Source: the human T2T-CHM13v2.0 reference genome, Homo sapiens. Taken from it: DNA of 64,000 bases. Both the position numbers and the translations under genes were made by a program. A model generated the notes under the pieces. It was not told where the DNA came from. It saw only the letters and a list, made by a program, of their open reading frames with translations, and searched no databases. Where the stretch lies: NCBI RefSeq assembly GCF_009914755.1, contig NC_060937.1; one strand, written 5' to 3'. Positions 1 to 12,795 of this stretch are shown here, in pieces (the first letter of the stretch is position 1; each line of letters starts with the position of its first letter).

Positions 1-329
1 TCCTTCCATCTTTCCAGGTTCCATACTGTGAGGGACACACTGAGCAAGCAGGAAGATCTGCTGGGCTTCCCTACCAACTTCTACAAAGAAAGGGAATAAA
101 ATTGTAATAGATATGATTCAACATCAGTATACACAACATTTAGAATTCCTAAATATGTAATTAAAGAGTTTCAAAACATTCCAAATCCAAATTGTCATTT
201 TTAAGATTAAACATATCAGATGTTACTCATTCATCAATTATTGAATATCTACTATGTGCTAAGTGACAGAGAAGCAAGAATAAGACAAGGTCTAGTTGAG
301 GCTCTCAGTATTTCTATAGGGACATAAGA

Positions 330-530
330 ATGCAAGAAGTCCTGAATTCAATGTCTGTGCCTGCCACTAACTGGCAGTGTAGACTTTGAGAGGCATTTTA
401 ATTCCTTTTGAGCGTCCTCATTCATAGAGGGAACACCATTCACCAACCTCAAAGAATTACTATGAAGACTATAATAGTGGACATTAGATGTGACATATAA
501 CAGGTATTCAGTAAGTGATGGTTCCTTTCC
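330..530 (+). mobile_element. MIR fragment
   Basis: Degenerate MIR core (tgccactaactggcagtgt...ctttg). Confidence 0.5.
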
Positions 531-1009
531 TTTTCGGAATCTATCAGTGGGTGAGAGAGAAGTTGGTGGCTTTGATGCAGCACTATCTAGAGCCCACTAA
601 ATCACACATGCTCCCCTTGCAGCTATTTGCTCAGCTTAGAGATGGAAACAGCTATCTTAAGTCAGTAGCCACTAATCATTAAAAATGAACTAATCCCTTT
701 GCTTGTACTATAAAATAATTTTAATATTCATATTTTTCACATATATCATTCTGCTAGGAGAAAGTATTATGACCAGTCAACTGAAATATCCTGGGTGCTC
801 AGTAGTTCAATATTCACTGAAAAGGGAGAAAATGGCATTCTAAATAATGTATTCCTAGGAGTTTTATTATCAATGTAATAATCGGACACAGTCAAATACA
901 AGTTTCTGAACAAAGTCTTGGATTGTACTGATGCCAAGTCATATCTCAATTCTTCCATCAATGCCTGAGAGGCCCAGCTGTAACCCCAGGCAGGACAGCA
1001 TGGTGCTCT

Positions 1010-1225
1010 GCAAGCATAGTTTGAATACTGCCCCCAGCCCCCAACTTACCACCTAGGGAGTCTTGAGCTGATAGTTAACCTCACAGAGAATAGGCCACCA
1101 GCTATAAGCAAGAAGTACAGTGCCTACACCTCATGCGTTGTAAGGAGAATCAAAACAAATAATGACTGGAGAAAGTGCTTAAAAACAGGCTCACAAAGTA
1201 AGTGCTCACTAATTAATAGCTATCA
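1010..1225 (+). mobile_element. MIR fragment
   Basis: acctcatgcgttgtaaggagaatcaaa...aaagtgctta...aagtaagtgctca MIR 3' part. Confidence 0.6.
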
Positions 1226-2840
1226 TTCCCTCCTTTTTGAATAATCAGTTAACCATTGCTTTTTCCCCCTTTCTACTCCCTTTCCCAGTTCTTCTGCTAG
1301 TGGCTTCTTATATGCCTCTGTTTTAAATGACAGTAGTGACAATCAGTATTATCTATCATATAAACTCACTGTGATACTCAAGAGATGACCTGGTTTAAAC
1401 TGACTTACATTTACAAAGAACGATTTTTAAGAAAATCAGTAGTAATGCTCATATTTAGATATGCCAATATTTTATTCCATTTTAATAGACCATGACAATG
1501 TTGATGTGTCTAATCACTCGGCAAAGCCAGCAGAAGATATATTTTAACTGCTGACCAGAAATACAGACTTAAGTTGCCATCTCATGTGAACAACACTTTC
1601 ATATCTGGAAAATTTCCTATTCCCCTCTTTAGAATTTACTGTGACGTTTTTATGACACCAGGAAGAGAATATGCACACTGAGACCCTGTATCTTCCAAAA
1701 GTAAAAATCTGCTGGTCTACTTGGACTCACCAATTATTTTCTCATGAAAAGTAATTAAAAATCAGCCCAAGAACAAATTGTGACAAATTTCTAGGCATAT
1801 AATTAGCAAACCAATATTTTATTTCAAAAATTAATTGGACACTTAGGTTTGCAAAAGCAGAACTTGTTCAAAAAAGAATGTTCAGTATTATCAAATATGA
1901 AAACTTAAACACGTCAATTTGAAAAAAGAAAAAAGCTGTATAAAAACAAAGCAAAACAGCAAGACCAGAGACAATTTTAATAATAGCTTTGTAAACTGAA
2001 ATAAGCACCAGAGCACATGGCAACAATTTCTTCCGTTTCAGTCAAGGGTCGTAAAGGTATGCAGCTGACGAAAGAATAATTGCCCGGAAGGCCGAAGGAA
2101 AGCACCGTGTGTTGATGTAACAATGGTACATCAAGTCCTTACATTTTAAAATAAGTAACTTCTCGGTATTTTTGTGCTTGAGATATTGTTAGGCTCAAGA
2201 CTACCTTCCAGAATTGTTGCTGTCTGGTTCACTCTGGGAAATGCGATCCACACAACAGCCTCAAAAAGCAGCAAAAACTTGGAAAGCAGGAGAAAAAAGT
2301 TTTGAAGCTCAAGTTATTGACGGCCAATTCCTAAGAACGTGACTTTAAACTTAATGCCACACTTACCATCAGGACACGAATTTTGCATGGCCAACGCAAC
2401 AAATATACTCTACCTTATGCTTAGATTTGAAAACCCCATCATAATAACTACCATAAAAGAAACTTTCTGCGTATTACCTCTCGTTTTCAGTCACTCTTGT
2501 GTTACTGAAAGATGAGGCAATAAACTCAAAAATATTAAACCCCTTACCCAAAAAGTACAGAGCTATTACGGATTTGTAAAGCCGGCTTTGGAACCGAGGG
2601 CTTTACAAATGTAATTCCCACGACACCGTGCTGAGTCTCAAATTTGGCGTTAACGTAACTTAATTTCTATTTGTACTGGAAACGTATCAAGATATAAACT
2701 CCTCCATTACACGTGAAAATTCAAACCAATTTGGCAATCCTAGGACCCTTATTCTGCACAATCTCCATACAGTACCTCAAAGAGAGTCTAAAACACGAGA
2801 ATTCATCTCATAAAATAATTCATGGAATCGGTCTAATTAC

Positions 2841-2885
2841 CTTTCTAATTTCATCCAGCACCATTTCAAAGGACTTTTTATCCAT
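2841..2885 (-). CDS. PROSER1: PROSER1 first coding exon (MDKKSFEMVLDEIRK); gene continues leftward beyond the window
   Basis: Reverse complement reads ATG GAT AAA AAG TCC TTT GAA ATG GTG CTG GAT GAA ATT AGA AAG|GTAATT, a phase-0 donor. It matches the recalled PROSER1 N-terminus and lies head-to-head with NHLRC3. Confidence 0.93.
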
Positions 2886-3139
2886 CTTGACTACTATCCC
2901 GACGTGGTTTTAACAGTTATACTTGCAATTAAAAGACGTTCATCCCTGGTCTGCTCCGCCGATAGTAAAAAATATTTATAGCTGAGGAGGAAAAAGACTC
3001 CACGAGCAAGAGAGGATGCGAAGAGGTAGAGAGTATTGCAAACTTCGCAAAAAAAATTTCTAAAAATTGAGATTCAGAAAAACTCTTTTTATTAAAAAGA
3101 AAAAACACTCCAGTCAGGCTTCCCCAGCTTATTCACACA

Positions 3140-4450
3140 ATGGTTCAGGGCACCTCGGGCAAGAGCCAGGTCCTCTGAGTTTTGCAGAAAAACCCGGGCT
3201 CGGCGGCAGGTTTGAGTGCGGTTTCCCTGCAGCTGAGGGCCAGGTGCCGCCAGAGGTAGCTCTTGAAGGCGCTTTCCCAGGTGGAGCGGCCGGCAGAGTA
3301 GAAACACCTGCGCTCAGAGTCCACGGGCGGCGGGGAGGGAGGCGCCGGTCTCTCGACCCGCACCTGCGCCTCGGCCGCCGGCCGCGACCCTCACCGCCGC
3401 GAACCCGGACGCATGGTCCGGCTCGCGCTCATCCCCAGCCGCTCCGCCCGACTCCTGGATACCTCGGCCCCGGCAGCAGGCGGCCCGGCAGGCTCTTTGT
3501 TACCAGCTGCTGCAGCTTCCGGGAGCGGGCCGGCGGCTGGGGAGCACCAGGAGCCGGGCGAAGAGGGGCACGGCCTCGCATAGGGGGACTCCGGAAAAAC
3601 GCAGCCCCAACAGCGCCAGACGCCCTGCCTGGTTACCCCTACAGCCCCCACCAGCTCATGGGGACCTACAATAAAGCCAGTCGCGCCCAAGTAAACTCAA
3701 CACTGCGCCGCCAGCTTGGGCCCCTCTTTCCTGAAAGCCAGAGGTGGGGTCCTGGTGTGGGAATATAGGCATCCATAGCGGATGCCTGGATGGTAGGAAT
3801 AGGATGTGGCAAAAATCCTTCCCGAAGCCTAGCGGTCATTATTTTGAATGTCATCCCCACCATACCTCGTGTCTGAGTGTGCGATGTTTTGATTTTGCCC
3901 TCTGGATTAAAAAGAATAAATGGCGAGCGATTAAGGCATATCTACGGGCGCCCATACTTTGGTGGCCACTGAAAGTCAGCGGCGCGGACTGCCCTGAGGG
4001 CGGGAAAGGGTGGTCACTGGGTCAGCCCGAAGCACCTGACATGAGGGCGGGGACCCCGAAATGCACACGAAGTCCGGAACTGGTCTTCTGTGATTTTCAT
4101 TCGCCCTGGTCTCTGTTCCCTTTCGTACTCAAAGCTCGTGCATCCAGGGAGGGGAAACCGGAGATAGGGTCTTCGGGCCCCGGGCAGACCCTCTGTGCCG
4201 CTGCAAACCGTTGCAGCCTGAGGCTGTCAGGTCCTCCCCCAGACACCTGCGGACCCTCCCTCTCCTGGCTTCCCGTCTGGTCATGGCGAGATTCTGGGTC
4301 TGCGTAGCCGGTGCTGGCTTCTTTCTTGCATTTTTGGTTTTGCATTCGCGTTTTTGTGGCTCTCCAGTGAGTTGGGTAGTGAGGAAATGACTGTCGGGTG
4401 TGCGGGTAGCCCTGTTGGGAGGCGTCGCCACGGTCGTGGCATGGAGGTGG
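3140..4450. promoter_or_regulatory. CpG island / bidirectional promoter shared by PROSER1 and NHLRC3
   Basis: High GC and CpG density against AT-rich flanks. GC box GGGCGGGG at ~4044, CCGGAA at ~4074, AAATGGCG (YY1-like) at ~3918. Divergent ATGs at 2885 and 4283. Confidence 0.9.
4283..4366 (+). CDS. NHLRC3: NHLRC3 exon 1 coding part (signal peptide [28 protein letters not shown])
   Basis: ATG in gtcATGg context, hydrophobic leader, donor GTGAGT at 4367. Confidence 0.95.
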
Positions 4451-4778
4451 CAGGCCCTGGTTCCCTCAGTAGCTTGTCTCAAAGCCTGCACCTGGGTCCA
4501 AACTGCCTTGACCCTTTGAGTTTAAAAATTTGTGTATGTTACATCGCCATTTTCCTCTTTCCCAACTCTTACTACATCCTCAAATAATTTGCAGACTTGT
4601 ATTGTGGTCGTGTTGGTCTTTAGGCATCTAAGCTCATTTCTTTGGAATTATTTCAGTCCAGCAAACTTCTAGTTGTCAAGGCATGCTTAAAAATAAGCCC
4701 TGTTACCCGGCCCCCCCGCCCTTTTTTTGTTCTTACCTAGACGGTAAACTAAATCTGAATTGTCTGATTTTGTTTAAG

Positions 4779-4931
4779 GTTTTGAGGAACTTTACTTTTG
4801 CAGTTTCCTGGAGAACTGAGAAAATTCTTTACCGGCTGGATGTGGGTTGGCCTAAGCACCCAGAATATTTTACCGGAACAACATTTTGTGTTGCAGTTGA
4901 CTCCCTCAATGGATTGGTTTACATAGGTCAA
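4779..4931 (+). CDS. NHLRC3: NHLRC3 exon 2 (VLRNFTF...LVYIGQ)
   Basis: AG acceptor at 4777-4778, donor GTAAGT, 153 nt, phase 0-0. Confidence 0.95.
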
Positions 4932-5206
4932 GTAAGTAAATAGAGATTTAAAAAAATTATGAACACAAAGGAAGTAACAGCCTTCCTGTCTTGCTGTAGT
5001 AACTGACCATATGCGTTTATATCATGCTAATTGTGCAATTTATTTTTGAGTTGGTCTCAAGTATTTTGGTTTCGAATGTGAAAGATATGTTAGATTTTGA
5101 AAGTGGTTTTTGTAGTAAAATTCTCAGTTATTTTTTTTCTTCGCCAAGATACAGATTACCTTTCCTTTAAGCTGATCCTAAGAAGTTATTTTTTGTATAC
5201 CTTCAG

Positions 5207-5354
5207 AGAGGGGATAACATCCCAAAGATATTAGTGTTCACAGAGGATGGATATTTCCTACGAGCCTGGAATTATACAGTTGACACACCTCATGGTATAT
5301 TTGCAGCCAGTACTCTATATGAACAATCCGTCTGGATCACGGATGTAGGAAGTG
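5207..5354 (+). CDS. NHLRC3: NHLRC3 exon 3 (RGDNIPK...TPHGIF...ITDVGS)
   Basis: cttcag acceptor, GTATGT donor, 148 nt, NHL motif. Confidence 0.95.
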
Positions 5355-5536
5355 GTATGTATAGTAATATCTATTAAATTATCTTACTGGAAATCACATC
5401 TTTGCACATGTCCTTGTTTGTATTGTTTAAAATCAGAGTTGCTGAATCTAATTGTAATTTCTTTAACGATTCATGAAATCACATGTTTTTAACAAACTTT
5501 ATTTTGTACTTCTGTGGAATTAAGAAATTTAACAAG

Positions 5537-5871
<335 letters not shown>

Positions 5872-7747
5872 TTAATATGATCTTTCCTTGAACTTGTCTA
5901 GGGTCTTTTCCTCTTTAAAGCATCAGTTGCTCTTCTCAGATTAAATAACTCTAAACTGAAGCCAAATAAAGTGGCAGTCTCTGAAAGCAATGACTGGAAT
6001 CCTTGACTCTTATTTTCCTTTTCCAGTTTTCTTTCATAAAAGATTGTGAAATCGTAACTGCTTTGTTGCTCAAAGTGCAAAGATTGCAGAAACTGTTGTT
6101 AATGTTTTTGAAATTCTACTGACTGAAGCATGTCTGAAATCTTCCTGCCATCAAATATTTTTAGTAGAAAAAGCTGAAAAATGAAGTGAGCACAACTGAA
6201 TGTGCAGCTATGGAGAAAGTTTTCAGAGAAACAATTCACCTGTGGCTGTAGCTTAAGACAAGGCAATACCTGAGATATCCTGGCATTACCCTAGGAATTC
6301 AGGAAGAAATGGGATTATAAAGACATTATTTCTAGTATTCCTTGGCCCAGTTATGTTCTTGAATTGAGAGACATCCTGGTTCTACAGTCCTGGCTGATTC
6401 AGATACCATTTTTTAGAGATAATGAGTTCTCAGTTTCTGTAAGTAGTGCCATTATCACAGCTGTTCTCAGAACCCATAAGATTTCTGGGCCTCAGCTGAT
6501 GGCCCATTTATTTCATGCTGTGTTTTACATAGTATGAATCTGGTTCAACCAAAAAAAGTCTATAGATTATCACTGAGTGAATTGTTAATACTATAATGAG
6601 AGTCTATTTTCACTTTTTTCCTGAAGATCCACTGTTAAAGACCATTTCTTTGAGTTCATTTTATTCATGTGATTTTTAAAAATAAGACTTCCTTGATTCC
6701 CAGAAATAAAAAGAGCACAGACGATCTCTTCATTTTTTCCATTACAGCTAATTTTCTACCCAGAGATCTGAAGACAGTTTTATATTCCCATTTCCCAAAG
6801 GAATAAATTTCCTCTAATGAAAAATATGGCTACAAATTAGCCTTTTTTTTTTGAGAAAATTTTTTATTGGTAGTCTTTTTTGCTAGTTTTTAGAAACTTG
6901 GAGGCTTATGTGTTTTTTATTGCTATGAACTTTAGCTCAACTGTCTAAAAGTGTAATAGTAAATAAATTATTTAACATAGAATTGTAATGCAAGCTGATT
7001 CACTTTCTTTCTGGTAAGCTCAATGTATCCAGTTTGTCTTTTGAATACCTATCAATTAATTTGGCATATGTACCTTCAAATTGATTTCTGTTCACTGCTT
7101 TATGATATTCCCTTATTAGTAGTCTGCTTTATGCTCTTGCTTGTAAGATAATTTTAACTTAAAGAAATTTTAACGTGAGAAAATAAGATACTCATGATTT
7201 ACAAAGATTATTTTCTTCTTAGCAAAGAAAAGTTGGGTTGAATTTTGAATGTCTCCACAAGGTGAAAATGCAGTTAAAAAAAAAATCTGTACCATAGAGA
7301 ACGTTTTTGTTGACTTACTGAAATTTAAGGTCTGTATGTGAGTGATTGAAATAACAGTTTCAAATATAAGTTGTTCCCTTTACATTTTCTTCTTGATTTC
7401 CTTTCATAAGCAATGCTTATTCAAGGTCATAAGATTAAAAAAGAAAATGGTGCACCAATACTTTGTTAGCATTCTGAGTTTCCTGTATAATGAGTCAATT
7501 ATGGGGATGTTATTTATTTGAATTTAGAATCCGCTTATTTTGGACTAATGGAGATTTTAATTCGTGATCAAATTTGGCTGTAATTTACGAAGAAGCTATA
7601 GTGCTTGTCAATTATATGTAATTTCCTAAGCCTATCACCTATTTGTTATTATTTACTTCTATCAAATTTTTGCTCTTAGCTTACTTGAAAAATCTGAATG
7701 TTTGTATAGTGGTTTTATTTGTGAGATGTACATATCTATCTTTATAG

Positions 7748-7948
7748 GATTCTTTGGTCATACTGTTAAAAAATACAGTTCTTTTGGTGATCTTGTTCAA
7801 GTCTTGGGTACTCCAGGCAAAAAAGGCACTAGTTTGAATCCTTTGCAGTTTGATAACCCAGCAGAATTATATGTAGAGGACACAGGAGATATTTACATTG
7901 TGGATGGAGATGGAGGATTGAATAACAGATTGATCAAACTGTCCCAAG
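7748..7948 (+). CDS. NHLRC3: NHLRC3 exon 4 (FFGHTVKK...LIKLSQ)
   Basis: tttatag acceptor, GTACAT donor, 201 nt, phase 1-1, NHL motif FDNPAELYV. Confidence 0.95.
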
Positions 7949-8289
7949 GTACATTACTTGTTTATGGTATTATAAAAATATTATAAATTGATTTTAATTT
8001 GTTCGATATTTGGTATAATGTTTTAAGTGTTGTGTATGAAGCGGTGTGTAAAGAGCTAAGTGTATTACTACGAGAAAACTGAAAAACAGATGGGTATGAT
8101 TGCCCACAATAAATGATCCTGATAACAGGCCCACTTATTCTTCACCAAAGGCCAGGAGATTCCTCCAAAAGTAACTGGCAACAGTATGAGAATTTCTAGT
8201 GGGCTCAGGAGATAAGTGTGTATCCTATTTAATTAAGCATGTAGAAATTAGAAACCTAGAATCCCAGACTCAAGTATCCTACAGGCTGA

Positions 8290-8900
8290 TTAATCAGCAA
8301 GCATTTTATTGAGTGCCCTTTCTGTGTCCTCTCTAGTATCAGGAGGTGCAGATCTATTATGTATTGAAACAATGAAATGTAGTCTATGCTATTGATTCTT
8401 AAAGCAAAATGGACTTAGGAGGAGAAACTAAATTGCCTGGAGAAATAGAACAAGATATCATGAAGGAAGTAGTTATTGAACTAAACTAGTTTTGGTGGGA
8501 GGAGAGGGGAGGATGGATGGAACATTCATGGAGGGTTTATCATGCATGGTCTACAGGCATTTATTAGCAGGAAAGAAGGTGAAGATGCACTTTTTCAGCA
8601 GCAGAAAATACAATTTGGGATGTTTCTGAAGTCTTATTTGAGGATTATTAAAGCCATGTTTTTGCCTATAACATTTTTGAGGTTTTCCTAGTAGAAAAGT
8701 GATGTTACAACAGCAGGTTTTATAAGACATTCTTTTAGGATCTACTTCAAGTGAGCTCTGTCATTTGGAGGCTGTGTAGTCAATTTATCAATTAGTAACT
8801 GAATTTGGTTGATAACAGTTGAAAGGGAAATGTAGAATAAGGATAAAGCAAGAATCCAAAAAATTGAATGAAAGAAACAACGAAATCTAGGAGACAGATT
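8290..8900 (-). mobile_element. L2 fragment
   Basis: cagcaagcattttattgagtgcc (L2 3' end, antisense) with purine-rich L2-like body. Confidence 0.5.
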
Positions 8901-8909
8901 GAATATAAG

Positions 8910-9340
8910 TGTATTAGTTTCCTGTGGTTGCCATAACAAATTGCCACAAACTGCGTGGCTTTAAACAACATAAATTTATTCTCACAGTTTTGGAATCCAG
9001 AAGTTAGAAATCTGGTAGACTGTGCTCACTCTAAAGGTCCTGCCTTGCCGCTTCTAGTTTCTGGTGGCTCAAGCATTCCTTGGCTTGTGGCAGCAAAACT
9101 CTGATGTCTGTCTCCATATTCACATGGCGGCCCCTTCTTCTCTGTGTGTTTTTGTGCCTCCAGTCTTTCCCTTCTTTCTCTTAATAAGGATTTAGGGCCC
9201 ACCCTAAATCCAGGATGATCTCATGAGATCCCTAATTTAATTTTATCTGCAAAAACTATTTCCAAATAGCATCACATTCCCAGGTATCAGGAGTTAGGAC
9301 TTGGACATCTTTTTAAAGGACCACAGTTGAACCCACCGTA
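8910..9340 (-). mobile_element. MLT1-family (MaLR) solo LTR
   Basis: tgtattagtttcct...aacaaattgccacaaactg...aaatttattctcacagtt is the typical MLT1 antisense end. Confidence 0.8.
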
Positions 9341-9732
9341 GTGCGTAATAAAGGAGATAGACGGTAAAATCATAATGTGAATTTTTAAGGTCTGTGGAAT
9401 ACTAATATCAAGTAACAGATAAGTTGGGAAGGGGAACCAGTTTTAGGGAGAGGATGGCATAAACCCTAAACAATGATTTTGAAGCAGTCATGAAAAATTC
9501 AAGTGGAGATAATAATTAAAGAAGTAGATTAATTCCCTAAAGCAGAGAAGGAACTTTAAAAAAAAAACTGTAAGAAATGGGCAAATGGGCATATAGACAG
9601 GAAAGCCGAGAAAGCATAGTCAAGTGAACCAGCGGTGTAATTAAATAGTTCTTTGTAACCTGTTTCATAAAATATGCAAATGCATGAGACATTCTATATG
9701 TTGCTCTGACTATATATTTTTACCGTTTATAG

Positions 9733-9824
9733 ATTTCATGATCCTTTGGCTGCATGGAGAAAATGGGACAGGGCCTGCTAAGTTCAACATACCTCACAGT
9801 GTTACACTTGATTCAGCTGGTCGG
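9733..9824 (+). CDS. NHLRC3: NHLRC3 exon 5 (DFMILW...[14 protein letters not shown])
   Basis: tttatag acceptor, GTACAA donor, 92 nt, frame consistent. Confidence 0.93.
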
Positions 9825-9868
9825 GTACAAATACAGCGTCATTGTGTCTGGGACTTTGTGTCTGAATA

Positions 9869-9872
<4 letters not shown>

Positions 9873-9910
<38 letters not shown>
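9873..9910 (+). repeat. (TG)19 microsatellite within a degenerate TGTGTCTGGG array (9843-9995)
   Basis: Direct reading. Confidence 0.97.
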
Positions 9911-9912
<2 letters not shown>

Positions 9913-11690
9913 TGGGCATGTATATATAGATTGTGGTATACATGTGTGTCTGGGCATGTGGATACATGTGTGTTAGTGGGTATGTCTGGGTAATTACTCT
10001 GGGGCTGGGTGTGCACACATACTTTCTTACAAGTGTTTGAGTCCTATAGTGAGGGGGTTCCCCAAACATTTAGAAAGGAGCAAAATGGATTTCCTGTACC
10101 ATTTAAAAGGATAGAAGGCACAAATAATGGATCTGAACATAAAGTTACCTGAAAGAAAAAGTTGCCCTCTTACTGGGAAAACTCCACTAAAAGTGTTTGA
10201 ATATCTTTTCACTTCTCAAGAAAAAAATGTGCTGATCTAAAGTGGAGTGGGAGAGGTTAACCTTGGAAGTCTGAAAAAGAGTCACCTAGGCAAACTCTTG
10301 TTCTCACTAACTCCACATTGTTTAGGGAACAGAAAGCTTTAGCCAACAAATTTCAATCAGTTTCTCTCTTTTCTACCCTACTCACTACTATCTCTTTTGC
10401 ATTTACTCAATTTCTAAGCATAGATCTCACTTCTTTGAGGTTACCTTTTCACAACGAAACCGCCACCAAAAAATTTGTATATTAGTTTCTCCTGCTCTTT
10501 TCCTATAGCAGCCTGTACTTCGTATCATAGTAACTATCATGCTATATTATAATCATTTGTCTGTCTCCCCTAATAGATGTCAGGCTGTTGAAAGTGCTTA
10601 CTGAATCTCTTTTGCTTTATTTCTTTGTGCCTAGTACACAGTAGTCATATTTATTTATTAAATGACTAAATGTCTTGACACACAATGGGTACATTAGGCT
10701 ACTTGCCTTCATACCATTAGGCATTTAATCCATTTCTACTTCTGATTCAGTGCTCAGCAAACAAACTTCTAATTATGACTTGGCTTCCTAATCATAATTG
10801 ATTGACAAAAATGAGAATGTTTTGATCATTAAATCTTCTGATCTGCCATAAGACGTTAATCAACCATGTGAACTTTGTATATAAATTGGGAACTGGAAAC
10901 TTTGAATTAAACTTTTGCACATTATCCTCCTGAGCTTGGGTGACTCATTGTGTGCTAAGAAAAAAAATCAAATTTCAGAACATGCGAGACCTCGACCCAG
11001 GTAAATTCATCATGGTGAGGAACGCCCTTCTAAAAGGCCTTGGAAATCATCTGATGGGGGTACTCTGGCATTCCTGAGTGATAAAGAGTGTCAATTATAC
11101 AAAATTGTGTTTTATAACAATAGCAATTCTGTTCTGAGCATTTTACATAATTAATTCATTTAATCATCACCACAACCCTATATGAAAGGTTAGTCAGTTC
11201 CAGACTTGTTGTTATGTGTTAAACAGGAGTTCCCATAATCAAAATTCATTGAGTGTTGAGCAGGACAGATGATGCTAACAATCTAAAGTATCATTCCATC
11301 CTAGGGTGTAAACTATACTTCTTCCTTGGTCATTTGTCTGGGATACTAGTCTCAAACTCTTTAAGAAAACCTATCCTTACTAAAGGACCATAGATCAGGA
11401 AAAGACCTTGAGAAATTGCTTTACTTTGGCATCAACAACCTTTCTTAAATGGTGTAGTGAGTTTTGATTTGTTTCTGATTGGAGATTAATTCAATGGCTA
11501 CCAAAATTCACACATATTGATGAAGCTGTAATCAGGGTTACCTGTGAAGAAATTATCTCTCAATCCACAAACCCAAGAAATCCAAAGGACCAAAAGCAGG
11601 GAGGTAGAAGTAAAGAGGACTGACCCACTCCCAGTCCATTCTTTCATACCTCTCTACAACCCTGGCCACAAGTCATCAAAAACCATTTCC

Positions 11691-11993
<303 letters not shown>

Positions 11994-12429
11994 TTAAGCT
12001 GCATGCATGTGGCCATGAAATGTCATTTAGAATGCATCTCACTTCTTGTCTTAGAACAAGTTCCTTAATAACCCATTACAGCCTATAACAAACCTAAATT
12101 AAACCTATTACTGTTCTTTATTTGTTGCTAAAATACCTCAGGCTTCTTCAGTTGGTTCAGCACTCTGTACATACCTTGGTAATAGCAGGTATGGGTTTAA
12201 TGATACTGCAATATGAATGAATACCTCACATCCTGCTATATTGAGCTCTTGAGAAGTAAGGCTGCTTTTCTTTGTCATGTTGCCTGGCCCAGGAGCTGAC
12301 AAGCCAGTAGTACTCATTGAAAAATGAATGCTTGTTAGAGGAATGAATGAATGTTGTCAGTTTTCATTATCTACTGATCCCCTGCATTATGGTAGAGTAC
12401 TCCAGCTTTTTAGTTATTCACACATTTAG

Positions 12430-12620
12430 AACAGTAGACAGAGTATTATAAGCTTTGGGTTAAGACAGCTTTGGGTTGTGCCTCTCCCATTTGTAAGCTC
12501 ACTTCAGAGACGGCAACCTTTCTGAACTTTAGTTTTTCCTCATCTGAAAATGGGACTTAACTACCTTCTTTGGAATCCTCTTAAGTGAGATAATGTATGG
12601 TGAAACTAATGAAAATAAAC
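12430..12620 (+). mobile_element. MIR fragment
   Basis: tttcctcatctgaaaatggga MIR core. Confidence 0.65.
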
Positions 12621-12682
12621 ATTCTTTTCCCTTTTTTCTTCTCATGGATATTTTTCAATTGACATTTTTGTGTGTTTCTCAG

Positions 12683-12795
12683 GTGTGGGTTGCTGACCGA
12701 GGAAATAAAAGAATCCAAGTATTTGATAAAGACACTGGGGAGTGGTTAGGAGCATGGAATAATTGTTTCACAGAAGAGGGACCTTCTTCAGTCAG
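12683..12795 (+). CDS. NHLRC3: NHLRC3 exon 6 ([15 protein letters not shown]...PSSV)
   Basis: tttctcag acceptor, GTAATT donor, 113 nt, canonical NHL motif. Confidence 0.96.

Larger units (their letters stand above)
1..2840 (-). other. PROSER1: PROSER1 intron 1 (partial)
   Basis: Follows the GT donor at 2840; no exon-2 coding sequence found in the window. Confidence 0.8.

Noticed and set aside
3067-4587. Long ORFs across the CpG island (233 aa, 187 aa and others)
   Set aside because: Stop-poor GC-rich sequence, mostly non-ATG starts, low-complexity G/P/R products with no domain
5160-5172. U12-like branch sequence TTTCCTTTAA before exon 3
   Set aside because: Imperfect match, and the intron donor GTAAGT is U2-type
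11260-11345. Possible intronic C/D snoRNA (ATGATG box)
   Set aside because: No CTGA D box or terminal stem at a suitable distance
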